A DNA stretch of 64,000 nt from Candidatus Hadarchaeales archaeon (GCA_038872135.1 JAVZGN010000001.1:147-64146); one strand, 5' to 3'; shown: positions 48,370 to 58,382, counted from the stretch's first letter. Numbers and translations: made by a program. The notes: generated by a model not told the origin, from the letters alone.

Positions 48370-49674
48370 CTAAACCTGGATTTGCCCTCTGTAATCGAGC
48401 AACCACTTCCACAAGGGAACAAATTTCACGGTTCTACCCCCAACCTTTTCGCATGCTTCATAGTCGTCTGTCAGGATTAAGCCGCATTTCAGTCTAAAGT
48501 GTTTTAGGGCCTCCACCAAACCCTTGACTTCTCGTTCCCTGCTCTCGCCAGTTGGGTCAAAACAGACCTGTATAGCCTCTTTGACCCTCAAACCCTCTTT
48601 GATTAAAAAGTCGCACTCGTGCTTGTTTTTCCAGTAGTAGACATCCTTTCCCCGCCTCTTGAGTTCCACGAAAACTGCGTTCTCCATCGCTCTCCCCCTG
48701 TTTTCGCTGAATTTGAAGCCAACATTGCTGAAAAAACCGAGATCGCAGACATAGACTTTCTTGGGGCGCAGCTGTTGTGCCCGGATGGAATAGTCAAATT
48801 TTGGCACGAAGAAGAAGAGGAACACCTCCTTGAAATACTGTAAATATGTGTTTATGCTTTCCAAAGACAGGCCATAGCTTCTTGAATATTTTCTCGGGCT
48901 GAATGCCGCCGCCGAGTTTGAAGCAAGAAAATCTGCTAGGAGCTTTATCTTCCCGTAGCTAGCGTTGTACCGCTCCACGATGTCTTTGTGGATGATGTCG
49001 CTGAAGTATGCTGTAAGTAGCTTCTTCTTTGCCGGTGGGGTCTTGAAAAACACCTCGGGGAAGCCTCCCCACTCCAAGAATCCTGAAAGGGCTTTCTTTA
49101 TTCTGTTGATCTCCTCCCGTTCCAGCAGATGCCTGAGCTTTATGCCACTCCATTCGAGGTATTCAGCGAAGGAAAGGGGAAAAATCGGGATGGTTATGGC
49201 CCGACCGGTCAGTAGCCTGGCATACTCCGGCGCGATAAATTTTGAGGAGGAATCGGTGATAAAAACTTGCCTCACTTTCCTGAGGTCGTACAACTTCCTC
49301 AAAAAAGGGACCCAGTCTCTGCATCTGTGTATCTCGTCGAGAAAAAGGTAGGGTCTTGTATCGGGGTTCACGTTCGACTGGTATGCATCAAAAACTTCCC
49401 TCAGAGTTTTCTTTGCCAGTACATCGTCTTCAAAATTCACGAGGAGGATTTCCTCCGGCCTGACGCCTTTATCTAGGAGGCTGGAAACCAACTGGTAAAA
49501 CAGGGTGGACTTGCCACTTCTCCTAACGCCGATCAGCAGTTTTATCTCCCGCAATGTCATGGAGTCTTCAAGTTCTCGTAGCACCACTCGCTCTGTCCCG
49601 CGGAGTTCCTCATCCACCGATTTGTCTCTCCACCAGTGGTTCCATTCTGAAAGGGATTCTATAATCATCCTCAT
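48370..49674 (-). CDS. AAA_14 + DUF4143 ATP-binding protein
   Basis: GVRRSGKS, FLDEI, GGFPE, KVY..D.G, EN.V, E.DF, IQV. Confidence 0.9.
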   Translation of the reverse strand: MRMIIESLSEWNHWWRDKSVDEELRGTERVVLRELEDSMTLREIKLLIGVRRSGKSTLFYQLVSSLLDKGVRPEEILLVNFEDDVLAKKTLREVFDAYQSNVNPDTRPYLFLDEIHRCRDWVPFLRKLYDLRKVRQVFITDSSSKFIAPEYARLLTGRAITIPIFPLSFAEYLEWSGIKLRHLLEREEINRIKKALSGFLEWGGFPEVFFKTPPAKKKLLTAYFSDIIHKDIVERYNASYGKIKLLADFLASNSAAAFSPRKYSRSYGLSLESINTYLQYFKEVFLFFFVPKFDYSIRAQQLRPKKVYVCDLGFFSNVGFKFSENRGRAMENAVFVELKRRGKDVYYWKNKHECDFLIKEGLRVKEAIQVCFDPTGESREREVKGLVEALKHFRLKCGLILTDDYEACEKVGGRTVKFVPLWKWLLDYRGQIQV

Positions 49675-49681
49675 TTATTAG

Positions 49682-49702
49682 AACATTTAATATTTAAATG
49701 TT
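49682..49702. promoter_or_regulatory. Inverted repeat over the promoter of the AAA gene
   Basis: AACATTTAA-TAT-TTAAATGTT, 9-bp perfect arms. Confidence 0.5.
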
Positions 49703-49902
49703 ACGATATAGTAGAACATATCCGCGCGGGATTTCCTCGGCCTTACTGGCGGCTCGCAACTTTCGGGTCATGTTTTGAAGATGCCACACCGCAATAGTGA
49801 GGCGGGGTTTCTAATCTAAATCACGGAAGATGACACTTGGTCAGGGAAAAGTCAAGAGATCTAAAATGACGAGTTACCGCGGGATGAATGATGTTCAAGT
49901 TT

Positions 49903-49980
49903 TGGTGCGGCAGGCGGGATTCGAACCCGCGTCGCAGGCCCGGGGAGCCTGAGTCCTAGACCAGGCTAGACCACTGCCGC
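49903..49980 (-). tRNA. tRNA-Gly(CCC), atypical C33
   Basis: GCGGCAG/CTGCCGC acceptor, A73-CCA, stem CAGGC/GCCTG around loop TC-CCC-GG. Confidence 0.88.
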
Positions 49981-50004
49981 CGTTTTTCCTTTTTCTTCAA
50001 ATAA

Positions 50005-50799
50005 CTAAAGCCTTTCGCGCGCGACTTCCACGAGCTCAGTTTTCGTCAGGAGACCCGCGAGTTCTCCCTGGAGGTTCACCACGGGCAATCCGGAGATCCT
50101 CTTCTCCCACATCAGTCGTGCTGCCTCATCCAGGGTTGCATCAGTTCTCACGGTCAGGGGGGGCCGCAGCATTATATCTCCAACGAGCAAATTTTTCACC
50201 CTCTCGATCCTTCGAGCATCCTCGGCAACCTCGTGGAAGGCTGCCAGCTTCATGGCAACCTCTCTTGTCGTGAGTACCCCAACCAGCTCTTTCTCTACAA
50301 CGACGGGAAGCACTCCAACCCCCTCTTCGAGCATCAGCTTCCTGGCGTGCAGAACCCTGTCCTCTGGCGAAGCCGTCAGGGGACTCGTCTGCATCACTTC
50401 CCCGACATAGACATCCCCACAATCAAAGCAAACCTTGGCAAAATCGATCTTCGTGAGAATCCCCCTCAGTTCACTTCCAACGACAACGGGGAGCCCACTG
50501 ATGTTTCTCTCAAGCATGAGTTCCGCTGCCCTCTTCGCGGTAAGGTCGGGTTCAACTGTTATAGGCTCTCTGCCCATTACTCCGGAAACATGAATTCTGC
50601 TTGGGGGTATCCTGTAGGCTTGGGGCGTCCCCAGCCCCTTGATGATGTCCTTTTCAGTGATTGTTCCGACAATTCTCCCGTCATCGGTCACAACAAGCCT
50701 CGAGACTTCATTTTTTTCCATCAGCTCCACGGCTTCCATCAGAGACTTGCTCTTCTCTATCGTTATGACCTTGGGCGTCATGAGCTGGTAGACTCTCAT
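50005..50799 (-). CDS. CBS domain protein (4 CBS)
   Basis: Repeated M...V.T..., LPVV, GI.T..D motifs. Confidence 0.9.
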   Translation of the reverse strand: MRVYQLMTPKVITIEKSKSLMEAVELMEKNEVSRLVVTDDGRIVGTITEKDIIKGLGTPQAYRIPPSRIHVSGVMGREPITVEPDLTAKRAAELMLERNISGLPVVVGSELRGILTKIDFAKVCFDCGDVYVGEVMQTSPLTASPEDRVLHARKLMLEEGVGVLPVVVEKELVGVLTTREVAMKLAAFHEVAEDARRIERVKNLLVGDIMLRPPLTVRTDATLDEAARLMWEKRISGLPVVNLQGELAGLLTKTELVEVARERL

Positions 50800-50800
50800 C

Positions 50801-51655
50801 TCAACCCCCTCTTGCAATTCCCCTCACGATATCGGTTTTTGTTATTATTCCTTTTAACCTTCCATTCATCAAAACTGGGAGCCCACTTATTCCTTTGCTC
50901 AGCATGAGTTCTGCTGCGGCTGCGACATCGTCGTAGATGTCGACCGTCACAGGGTCAGGAGTCATTACATCTTCTGCTGTGAGGAGAGCTATCTTTTTGA
51001 TGTATCTTGCCTTGGGTCTTCCCCCTCTTTCCAGTCTTCTCGTGTACCTCACGCTGGAAACTCTCGGCCCCATCCAAGAAACATCGAGCTGGGCGAAAGC
51101 GATGTCCCTCTCGGTGATCATCCCGATGGGTTTCTCCCCGTCAACCACAATGACCCTCTTTATCCTCCATTTTTCCATCAGCTCAAGAACTCGGGATATG
51201 GAATGCTTCCTGTTGACCACGATGGGGTCTGGGGTCATAAGTGCCACAACTTTAAGCTTCCCCGCGAGGCTCTCGGCAAAATGCCGGATCACATCTGTCT
51301 TTGTAACTATCCCCAGAGGTTTGTTGTTTTCGGCGATGACGACGCTGCTAATACCATTTTTTATCATCATCTGGGCAATTTTTTCAATTTCTGTGTTTGG
51401 GGAGGCAGAGATCACCCCTTTGTGCATCAGGGCTGAGACTGGAATCTGATCTATTTCCCTTCTCCGCCAGCTTGGCCCGCTCCGGTTGAGCCCCTCGGCG
51501 ATATCGTGAAGGGAGAGCATCCCCACTGCCGCCCCCTCAGAGATGACAAGGACCCTGCTCACCCTGTACCTTATGAGCAAGTTTTTTGCGTGGGAGACCG
51601 GCTCGCTTGGTCTAATCCCCACAACCGGAGAACTCATTATGTCTTTTGCCTTCAA
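50801..51655 (-). CDS. CBS domain protein (4 CBS)
   Basis: Four CBS motifs. Confidence 0.9.
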   Translation of the reverse strand: MKAKDIMSSPVVGIRPSEPVSHAKNLLIRYRVSRVLVISEGAAVGMLSLHDIAEGLNRSGPSWRRREIDQIPVSALMHKGVISASPNTEIEKIAQMMIKNGISSVVIAENNKPLGIVTKTDVIRHFAESLAGKLKVVALMTPDPIVVNRKHSISRVLELMEKWRIKRVIVVDGEKPIGMITERDIAFAQLDVSWMGPRVSSVRYTRRLERGGRPKARYIKKIALLTAEDVMTPDPVTVDIYDDVAAAAELMLSKGISGLPVLMNGRLKGIITKTDIVRGIARGG

Positions 51656-52554
51656 GCCAACAGCCTCAGCAAATCATGCTCGGTTATTATCCCGGCTAGG
51701 GCTCCATCCGACAGCACCGGCAGACCCCCACACCCCTTCTCCCTCATCAGGGCAGCGACCTCCCCAGCGTCCATTTCTGGTGTGGCCTTCAGCACCTCCC
51801 TTGTCATTATTTCCTGGGTTGGGACGGAGAGGGCCTCGTCCATCCTCTGGGATTTCATGAACTCGAAAACTTTGCTGGAGCCGAAGTATTTCATGATATC
51901 GACGGTTGTGATGATGCCGACGAGATCTCTCTCCCTCACGACGGGAACTCTCCTCACCCTGAAAGAGGTCATGCGCCTGGCAGCTTCCCCTATCGGCGTC
52001 TCTGGCTCAACCGTGATCACATGCCTCGTCATGTAGTATCCTGCAGTTCTTCCGGTGGTCGCGGGGATGAGAGATATGAGATCCCTTTCTGAGACGACTC
52101 CGACCACATCTCCATCATCGTTTAAAACCGGCAGCCCGCCCACACCTGTTTGGAGAAGGGTCTTCACAGCATCCTGAATAGACATGTAGATGTCTCCAGT
52201 GGGAAATTTTGTTTCCATGATGCTTTTCACCGGCTCGTTGATCACAGCATAGAAATTTCCTCTGAACTTTCCCTCCACAAGCTTGTACTTCTCTCCTCCG
52301 CCGAAGAGATTGACGAAGTCCCTGGATCTGACCACTCCCTCCAGTTTCATGGTGCCGGGCCTCATGATCAAAAGCCGCCTGACGCTGTTGCTCACCATCA
52401 GCCGCATGCACTCTTTTATCGGGGTACTCGGAGTTACAGTGACCAAAGGTTTTCTTGCAATTGTCATTATCTCGCCCTCCTTTTTGTGAATCCTGCTTTT
52501 GAACTCAACCGGGCCCCTTTCGTATGATTGGTAATGGGGGAATCTCTTCATCAT
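51652..52554 (-). CDS. CBS domain protein (4 CBS)
   Basis: Four CBS motifs, D.V...GGGEKY segment. Confidence 0.9.
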   Translation of the reverse strand: MMKRFPHYQSYERGPVEFKSRIHKKEGEIMTIARKPLVTVTPSTPIKECMRLMVSNSVRRLLIMRPGTMKLEGVVRSRDFVNLFGGGEKYKLVEGKFRGNFYAVINEPVKSIMETKFPTGDIYMSIQDAVKTLLQTGVGGLPVLNDDGDVVGVVSERDLISLIPATTGRTAGYYMTRHVITVEPETPIGEAARRMTSFRVRRVPVVRERDLVGIITTVDIMKYFGSSKVFEFMKSQRMDEALSVPTQEIMTREVLKATPEMDAGEVAALMREKGCGGLPVLSDGALAGIITEHDLLRLLA

Positions 52555-52555
52555 C

Positions 52556-53362
52556 TCACCTGCAGAATCTCCTGATGATGTCGCTCCTTGTGATGATGCC
52601 GACGAGGGTATCTCTGTCGATTACCGGGAGTCTCTTGATGTTTTTTTCTCGCATCAGTCGGATCGCCGCCTTAACCTTAGTGTCGGTGGGCACTGTTATC
52701 GCCGGGGTCCTCATGATCGATTTTACCTTTGGCGCAGTTTTTCCTTTTTTCGATTCTCCAGCTGTCCTCACCAACCCCTTTCTAATGAGATCAGATCTTG
52801 TGATCATCCCCACAACCTTCCTCTTCCCTCCCTCTCTCCTCACCACCGGCAGCCCTGAGAAGTTTGACTCTTCCATGAGTTTCCAGACTGCTTGGAGATC
52901 ATCATCCTCGGAGCAGCAGACGACATCTTCGACCATTACATCGGAAACTGTGATGTCTTGGGGGATGGCCTCCTCGAGCCTTGAGAGAATATCTTCAATT
53001 TTTATTATCCCGACACCATTTCTCGTGGCATAACCGTCGACCACCGGTGCCTCATCCAGCCCTCTTTCAACCATCTCTCGGGCTGCAGTTGCCAGCTCTG
53101 CGGTTGGGGTGAGGATGAGGGTTAGGGGGGACATCATCCCAGCAATAAAAATGTTTGAGCGGGTTGAGGTTACTTTTATCACATCCCTCTGGGTTATTAT
53201 TCCCTCAACCCTCCCCCCATCGATGACTGGAAGGACCCTAGCACCAGTTTCCCTCATCACAGCTCTGGCGTGGGTGATGAGGTCTCTTGGAGTAACAAAT
53301 GAATTCAGCGAACGCATGACGCTCCTTACGGTGACCCCCGCAAGCGGGCCTTTGCCTGTCAT
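52556..53362 (-). CDS. CBS domain protein (4 CBS)
   Basis: Four CBS motifs. Confidence 0.9.
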   Translation of the reverse strand: MTGKGPLAGVTVRSVMRSLNSFVTPRDLITHARAVMRETGARVLPVIDGGRVEGIITQRDVIKVTSTRSNIFIAGMMSPLTLILTPTAELATAAREMVERGLDEAPVVDGYATRNGVGIIKIEDILSRLEEAIPQDITVSDVMVEDVVCCSEDDDLQAVWKLMEESNFSGLPVVRREGGKRKVVGMITRSDLIRKGLVRTAGESKKGKTAPKVKSIMRTPAITVPTDTKVKAAIRLMREKNIKRLPVIDRDTLVGIITRSDIIRRFCR

Positions 53363-53370
53363 TTAATCAT

Positions 53371-53898
53371 CTACTCGCCCATGGTGTCCCGGCAGTTCTC
53401 GCAGACCCACATTCCATTGATCTCATAAAGAGCGGTAGTGACCTCGCCGCATTGTTCGCAAACGCTTTCTTCGATTTCTTCTCGAGGCATCTCTTCCGCC
53501 GCTGAGGCCTCGATTATCTCTGGCGAAACTGCCATGATGTCTGCGGTCGTGATGATTCCAACCAGCTTTCCCTTGTCAACAACCGGTAGTCTTCTGATCT
53601 TGTTTTTTGTCATTATCTTGGCAGCCTCCACGACATCGGCGTCCGGACCGATTGTTGTTAGTGGGGAGGACATCACCTTCTTCACGAGGACCTTGCTTGG
53701 TTTTGCATCGGTGCTCACAACTTTCATCAGCAGGTCCCTTTCTGTCAAAATTCCAATGGGTCTCTTTCCATCAACAACAACGATTGAGCCAACGCTTTGC
53801 TCCGCCATCTTCTTTGCGGCGGTGGCCACGGTGGCGTTTGGGCCGATTGTGAGAACTTTTGGTGTCATCGCCTCTTTAACTGAGACAACTTTCTTCAT
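53371..53898 (-). CDS. CBS pair protein with C-terminal zinc ribbon
   Basis: Two CBS motifs followed by CEQCG...CENC. Confidence 0.9.
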   Translation of the reverse strand: MKKVVSVKEAMTPKVLTIGPNATVATAAKKMAEQSVGSIVVVDGKRPIGILTERDLLMKVVSTDAKPSKVLVKKVMSSPLTTIGPDADVVEAAKIMTKNKIRRLPVVDKGKLVGIITTADIMAVSPEIIEASAAEEMPREEIEESVCEQCGEVTTALYEINGMWVCENCRDTMGE

Positions 53899-53958
53899 TT
53901 CCACCAATCGTTTTTTTGTAGCGGAGTATTAATAACTTCTTCGGATGAAATCTCAGCG

Positions 53959-54636
53959 ATGGATTTAGAAGTCGAGAGGTGGAAGCGGGAGGCTGGTGAA
54001 AGGGCCGCGGGACTTGTGAAAAAGGGGATGGTGGTGGGACTTGGGTCTGGGACAACCGTGGCGGAAGTTGTGGCAGCCCTGAAGGGAAGGAAGTCGGTGG
54101 CGACATTTGTTCCTGCATCTTCCTTCATCGAAAGGGTTGCAAGGAGGGCGGGACTGAAAATCTCCCCTCTCTGCAGGGAGCTTGATTTAGCGATTGATGG
54201 AGCTGATGAAGTTGACCGGAAGATGAACCTCCTGAAGGGGAAGGGAGGAGCCCTGACGAGGGAAAAAATTCTTCTCAGGGCAGCGAGGAGGGTTGCGATA
54301 GTGGTAGATGAAACGAAGCTTGTGGGGCGGCTGGGGGAAAAAAATCCTGTGCCGGTGGAGATTTTTCCCTTTGCGGCAGGATTTGTGAGAGAGAGGCTGA
54401 GGAGGCTGGGAGGGGAGCCGGAGCTGAGGAGGAGGGCGGGAAGGCCATTCGTCACAGACAATGGAAATTATATTCTTGATGCTTGGTTTGGGAGGATCGA
54501 TGACCCGGCGGGGCTTGAGAGGGAGATAAACGAAATCCCAGGGGTTGTGGAGAATGGAATTTTTACCGTTCGGGTAGATCTCCTGATAATCGGTGGGAGA
54601 GAAGGGACAAAAGTGGTGAGGCGGGGTTCAAAATAA
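53959..54636 (+). CDS. rpiA: Ribose-5-phosphate isomerase A
   Basis: GLGSGTT, DGADE, KG.GGAL.REK, TDNGN, PGVVENG.F. Confidence 0.95.
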   Translation: MDLEVERWKREAGERAAGLVKKGMVVGLGSGTTVAEVVAALKGRKSVATFVPASSFIERVARRAGLKISPLCRELDLAIDGADEVDRKMNLLKGKGGALTREKILLRAARRVAIVVDETKLVGRLGEKNPVPVEIFPFAAGFVRERLRRLGGEPELRRRAGRPFVTDNGNYILDAWFGRIDDPAGLEREINEIPGVVENGIFTVRVDLLIIGGREGTKVVRRGSK

Positions 54637-54774
54637 CGGCCTGCTTAGTGCAGATACTTGAGACTGCTTTCAGCGTCTTCCGGCAAGTCTCGGTCAACTA
54701 TGCACGGCCGTGCACTTCTTAGCAAAACATTCTCGTTTCAAAGCAGCTACAAGTCCACTCATCACGAGAGTCCA

Positions 54775-55455
54775 CTAGCCGTGTGTGGTGAATTCTATCA
54801 TGTACACCCGGCGGCTTTTTCTCCTCGCCCAGAGGGGAAAGGCAACAACAGCCCCAGCGATGAATCCTCCAATATGCGCAAGATATGCAACATTAGACGA
54901 GCCAGGCAAGATCCAAGTTATCGACATCGAGATGAACTGGAGAATAAACCAAAAGCCAAGAAAAGCAGCAGCGGGGATCATTGCCACATGCCAGAAGTAA
55001 CCAAGCGTCAGGAGGGTGTGAACTTTCGCCCGCGGATAAATAAGCGCATAGGCCCCCAGCACCCCAGATATCGCTCCAGACGCCCCGATGGTCGGGATGG
55101 GAGAAGATGGATCTGAAAGGATGTGGAGGGCATCAGCTGCAAGTCCACACCCTATGTAGAACAGGATGAATTTTCCCCTCCCGAGAAGATCCTCAACATT
55201 GTCCCCAAAAATCCACAGATACCACATGTTCCCGATGATGTGAAAAAAACCCCCATGGAGAAACATTGATGTGATCAGGGTGTGGAGATTTTTCCCACCT
55301 ACAATTTCAGCAGGCCTCATTCCAAACTCCTCTATCGTCTGCTCGAAAACCCCCGTTGCCAGCGTCAAAATAAAAACAGCAAAATTGACGGCGATGAGAG
55401 CCCAGGTCACCACCGGCCTTCTCCTCGATGGATTTTCATCCTTCAGCGGGAACAT
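54775..55455 (-). CDS. Rhomboid intramembrane serine protease
   Basis: SMFLHGG..HI.GNM, GDNVE, GASGA, AHIGGF. Confidence 0.93.
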   Translation of the reverse strand: MFPLKDENPSRRRPVVTWALIAVNFAVFILTLATGVFEQTIEEFGMRPAEIVGGKNLHTLITSMFLHGGFFHIIGNMWYLWIFGDNVEDLLGRGKFILFYIGCGLAADALHILSDPSSPIPTIGASGAISGVLGAYALIYPRAKVHTLLTLGYFWHVAMIPAAAFLGFWFILQFISMSITWILPGSSNVAYLAHIGGFIAGAVVAFPLWARRKSRRVYMIEFTTHG

Positions 55456-57074
55456 CTCTTCACCCTTCCCCTCCAGACTTTCAGAAGCATCGAGTGGCAT
55501 GTCTGATCTGGGCTCCAGAATTCCACAACATCATCCTCAGACCTCAGAACCCTCCCCACCTGCTGGATGAAGCACCTATCCGCCATGTCCCGGTAGTAGG
55601 CCCAGAAGGCTGCCTTCCCAAGTTTTTTCTCCATCCCCCTCAGAAGGGGGTCCTCCCTCTCGGGAAATGGAAACTTAGTTACAATAATGCTTCTCATCCC
55701 CTTCAAATCCGCCCCCCTGTCCATCTTCGTCGTGAACATCACTCCATCCTCTTCAACAACATCTCTTCCCTTGATCTTCTCCACCAGCTGTGGGGGAAGG
55801 TATTTGAAGGCATGAACGGGGATGAACGCCGGCCTCTCAGCCTTCTCCATCATCTCCCCCAGAAGCCTCCAGTAATTTTCCCTAAAGTCATCCCTCGACC
55901 AGCTCCGATAGTTTACCGGCTTCTCCCTCCAAGTCCTTCTCTGGATGAGAAGGCCCGGGAACCTCGTCTCCCCCTCAACCACCAAGGGGTCAATCCCATA
56001 GACCTCCCTGAGAACTTCCTGGCTCTGAACTGTGGCCGACATCAGCAGCCACTTCCCGCCAACCTTCCTCCGATACCCCCGAAGGACAGGTCTTGGGTCT
56101 GGGACAAGATATGTCACGGAATCCCCCTTCACCTCGCACTCCACATCCTCCCAGTGCTCTAGGACCGATGCAAGCTTCCAGAAGAAATCATTAGCGGTTT
56201 CATCGATCTCCTCAAGCAGCTCCTTCAGGAAAATCGCAAGATCTAAGGGGTCTTTTCTCCCGGCGGTTGTCTCCCTCCAGACCTCTTCAAGCTCCGCCTC
56301 AATTTCATCCCCCCGGAGTTTTTCTCTCACCCACTCGATTCTCTTCCGGCTTACCGTCACCTTCAGCGCCAGCTGGTCCAGCCATTCGTCAGCTTCATCT
56401 ATGACCGTCAGCGGGAGCCTCGGGAGCCTTCCAATGGAGACCTCGGCAGCCCACTTCATGGAATTCATGACGATGACATCTGCCGATGGATACGCGGAAA
56501 ACTGCTTCCAGTAGGGGCACTCCCCATGGAGACAGACGGCCCACTCCCCGGCTACCCCGGTGTAGAACTCCTTCTTGGCCCCCTTCACATCCTTCGCGAG
56601 ATTTCTTGGAAAAACAAACCCCCACTCCCGGCATTCCTTCAGGGCATCTATCCTTCTTTCCCCAGCCTCCCGGTTGAGACGCCTCCTGCAGGGAAGCCCC
56701 CTCTCCGAGCAATTGACCTCACGTCCTTTTGCCCTCATGAATGAGCAGAGAAAGTTCTCCCGCCCCTTGAGAACGCTAATTTTCGCCTTTGAGCCATCCT
56801 CCTTGAGAAAGTATTTTTCCCTTTCATAACTCCTCGAATACTGTTCTGAAAGAACTTTGGTTGGAACTGTCACGATTCCCCTCCCCAGCTCAAGAATAGT
56901 TCTGATGCCTACCACAGACTTGCCGCTCCCCACCATGGCCTTGAGCAAAATGACGTCGTTCGATTCAAATCCTTCCAAAATCTCCTCTATCAGGTCCACT
57001 TGAGTTTTCCCTGAGGAATATCTGCGGGGCTGAAGAGGCTTTTCCTCTTGGTAGAGGTTGAGCGAAATCACCAT
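55443..57074 (-). CDS. DinG/XPD-like SF2 helicase (compact)
   Basis: Q-motif, GSGKS, KGR.NF.C and further Cys (FeS), IDEA, MSAT, G.D, PFP, QQVGRVLR. Confidence 0.82.
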   Translation of the reverse strand: MVISLNLYQEEKPLQPRRYSSGKTQVDLIEEILEGFESNDVILLKAMVGSGKSVVGIRTILELGRGIVTVPTKVLSEQYSRSYEREKYFLKEDGSKAKISVLKGRENFLCSFMRAKGREVNCSERGLPCRRRLNREAGERRIDALKECREWGFVFPRNLAKDVKGAKKEFYTGVAGEWAVCLHGECPYWKQFSAYPSADVIVMNSMKWAAEVSIGRLPRLPLTVIDEADEWLDQLALKVTVSRKRIEWVREKLRGDEIEAELEEVWRETTAGRKDPLDLAIFLKELLEEIDETANDFFWKLASVLEHWEDVECEVKGDSVTYLVPDPRPVLRGYRRKVGGKWLLMSATVQSQEVLREVYGIDPLVVEGETRFPGLLIQRRTWREKPVNYRSWSRDDFRENYWRLLGEMMEKAERPAFIPVHAFKYLPPQLVEKIKGRDVVEEDGVMFTTKMDRGADLKGMRSIIVTKFPFPEREDPLLRGMEKKLGKAAFWAYYRDMADRCFIQQVGRVLRSEDDVVEFWSPDQTCHSMLLKVWRGRVKRCSR

Positions 57075-57173
57075 TTTTCCGTTATTGTTTGTCCTCTCTC
57101 AGATAAATCTTCTCCGTCTCTTGAAGTATAAATCTTTTTATATTGGTGTGAATGTAAATTTTACTTGGATTTA

Positions 57174-57575
57174 ATGGAAATAGAAAAGGGAAAGCCCATC
57201 AGGATTTTTGCTGAGGAGGAGGGGGAGTGGAAGACCCTGGATCTCCAACAAGCCTTCAAGGTAGCAGAAGCCCTCGCCGACCCTACCAGACAATGGATCT
57301 ATCAGGTTCTGGAAAACGGTCCCTTCAGGCAGGCCGAGCTCGCGAAGAAGGCAAGCGACTTCTTCAAGAAAAAGATAACAAATGTCCTAATGCGCTATCA
57401 CCTCAACAAGCTCAGCGAGGCAGGCCTGGTGAGGTTTGGGATAAACCCTGGGCCGGGAAGGGTTAAAATGGTTTACAGAGCCTCGGACCTAAGAGTGCAG
57501 CTGAGGCAGTCTCTCTCTGGCGCAACTCCAGAAAACCTGAGCGAAGAGTTAACGAGGATTTTCAGGAGGAGCTGA
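57174..57575 (+). CDS. ArsR-like winged-HTH regulator
   Basis: ALADPTR..I..L, ELA, YHLNKL..AGLV. Confidence 0.8.
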   Translation: MEIEKGKPIRIFAEEEGEWKTLDLQQAFKVAEALADPTRQWIYQVLENGPFRQAELAKKASDFFKKKITNVLMRYHLNKLSEAGLVRFGINPGPGRVKMVYRASDLRVQLRQSLSGATPENLSEELTRIFRRS

Positions 57576-58382
57576 ATGCCGGTCATCTCGGTTCTTGGGA
57601 CCAAAGGGGGAGTTGGAAAGTCCACCGTCGCGATGGGCATTGCTATATGGATCAGCAAGCTCCAGGAAGAGATGGTCCTTCTGGTAGACGGCGACACCCA
57701 TGTCAGGACAATTGAGCTGAAGATGTGCCCTGGGGCAGACGCCACCCTTTCCCAGGTGCTTGAAGGAAAGATCTCCCTCGCCGACGCCATCTTTGCATGC
57801 CAACTCAAGAGCGGTGGCAAGCCACTTTTCCCAAAGCTGGCGGTCCTCCCGGCCGGCGGAAGATTTCTCCCTCCTGGTGCGAGGGACATGGTTAATTTTG
57901 TAGAGACTACTGTCAGAAGATTCGACAGGATGCTCACAACCCTCAGAAAAAAATTTTCCTACATAATAGTTGATACCCCTGCATCGGTGGGGTTCGAGCA
58001 TTTAATCCTGACGGCAATTGCAGATGGCCTCCTCTTTGTGGTCAACCCAGATCTCGACTCGATCCTCTCAGCCACCCAGACAGCGGTTGGGCTGAAAGAG
58101 CTTCTTGGGATAAATTCCATCGGAGTGGTCGTCAACAGGGCACCCAAGGGCAGCACCGCGGAGGAGTGGGCATCTCAGACAGAGAAGATTGCCCCGGTGA
58201 TAGGAGTAATCGAAGACGATGAGCTTGTGGAGGATTCTTTCAGGAAGGATCTTCCGGTAGTTGCCCTTTACCCTGAGGCTCCTTCAAGCATTGCTCTTGA
58301 GAGCATCGCAAGGGAGATCCTCAGGATGGAAATTCAGCCGATGAAACTCCTTCCGAAGTTTGAGTTTGCGAGAAAGGGATAG
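57576..58382 (+). CDS. MinD/ParA-family ATPase
   Basis: KGGVGKST, LVDGD, VDTP, GVVVNR, P.V...P..P.S. Confidence 0.88.
   Translation: MPVISVLGTKGGVGKSTVAMGIAIWISKLQEEMVLLVDGDTHVRTIELKMCPGADATLSQVLEGKISLADAIFACQLKSGGKPLFPKLAVLPAGGRFLPPGARDMVNFVETTVRRFDRMLTTLRKKFSYIIVDTPASVGFEHLILTAIADGLLFVVNPDLDSILSATQTAVGLKELLGINSIGVVVNRAPKGSTAEEWASQTEKIAPVIGVIEDDELVEDSFRKDLPVVALYPEAPSSIALESIAREILRMEIQPMKLLPKFEFARKG

Noticed and set aside
54660..54770. Hammerhead ribozyme or SECIS on the minus strand (TGATGA...GAAA)
   Set aside because: Core C3 and a cleavage strand are missing, the SECIS geometry does not fit, and I saw no in-frame UGA selenoprotein
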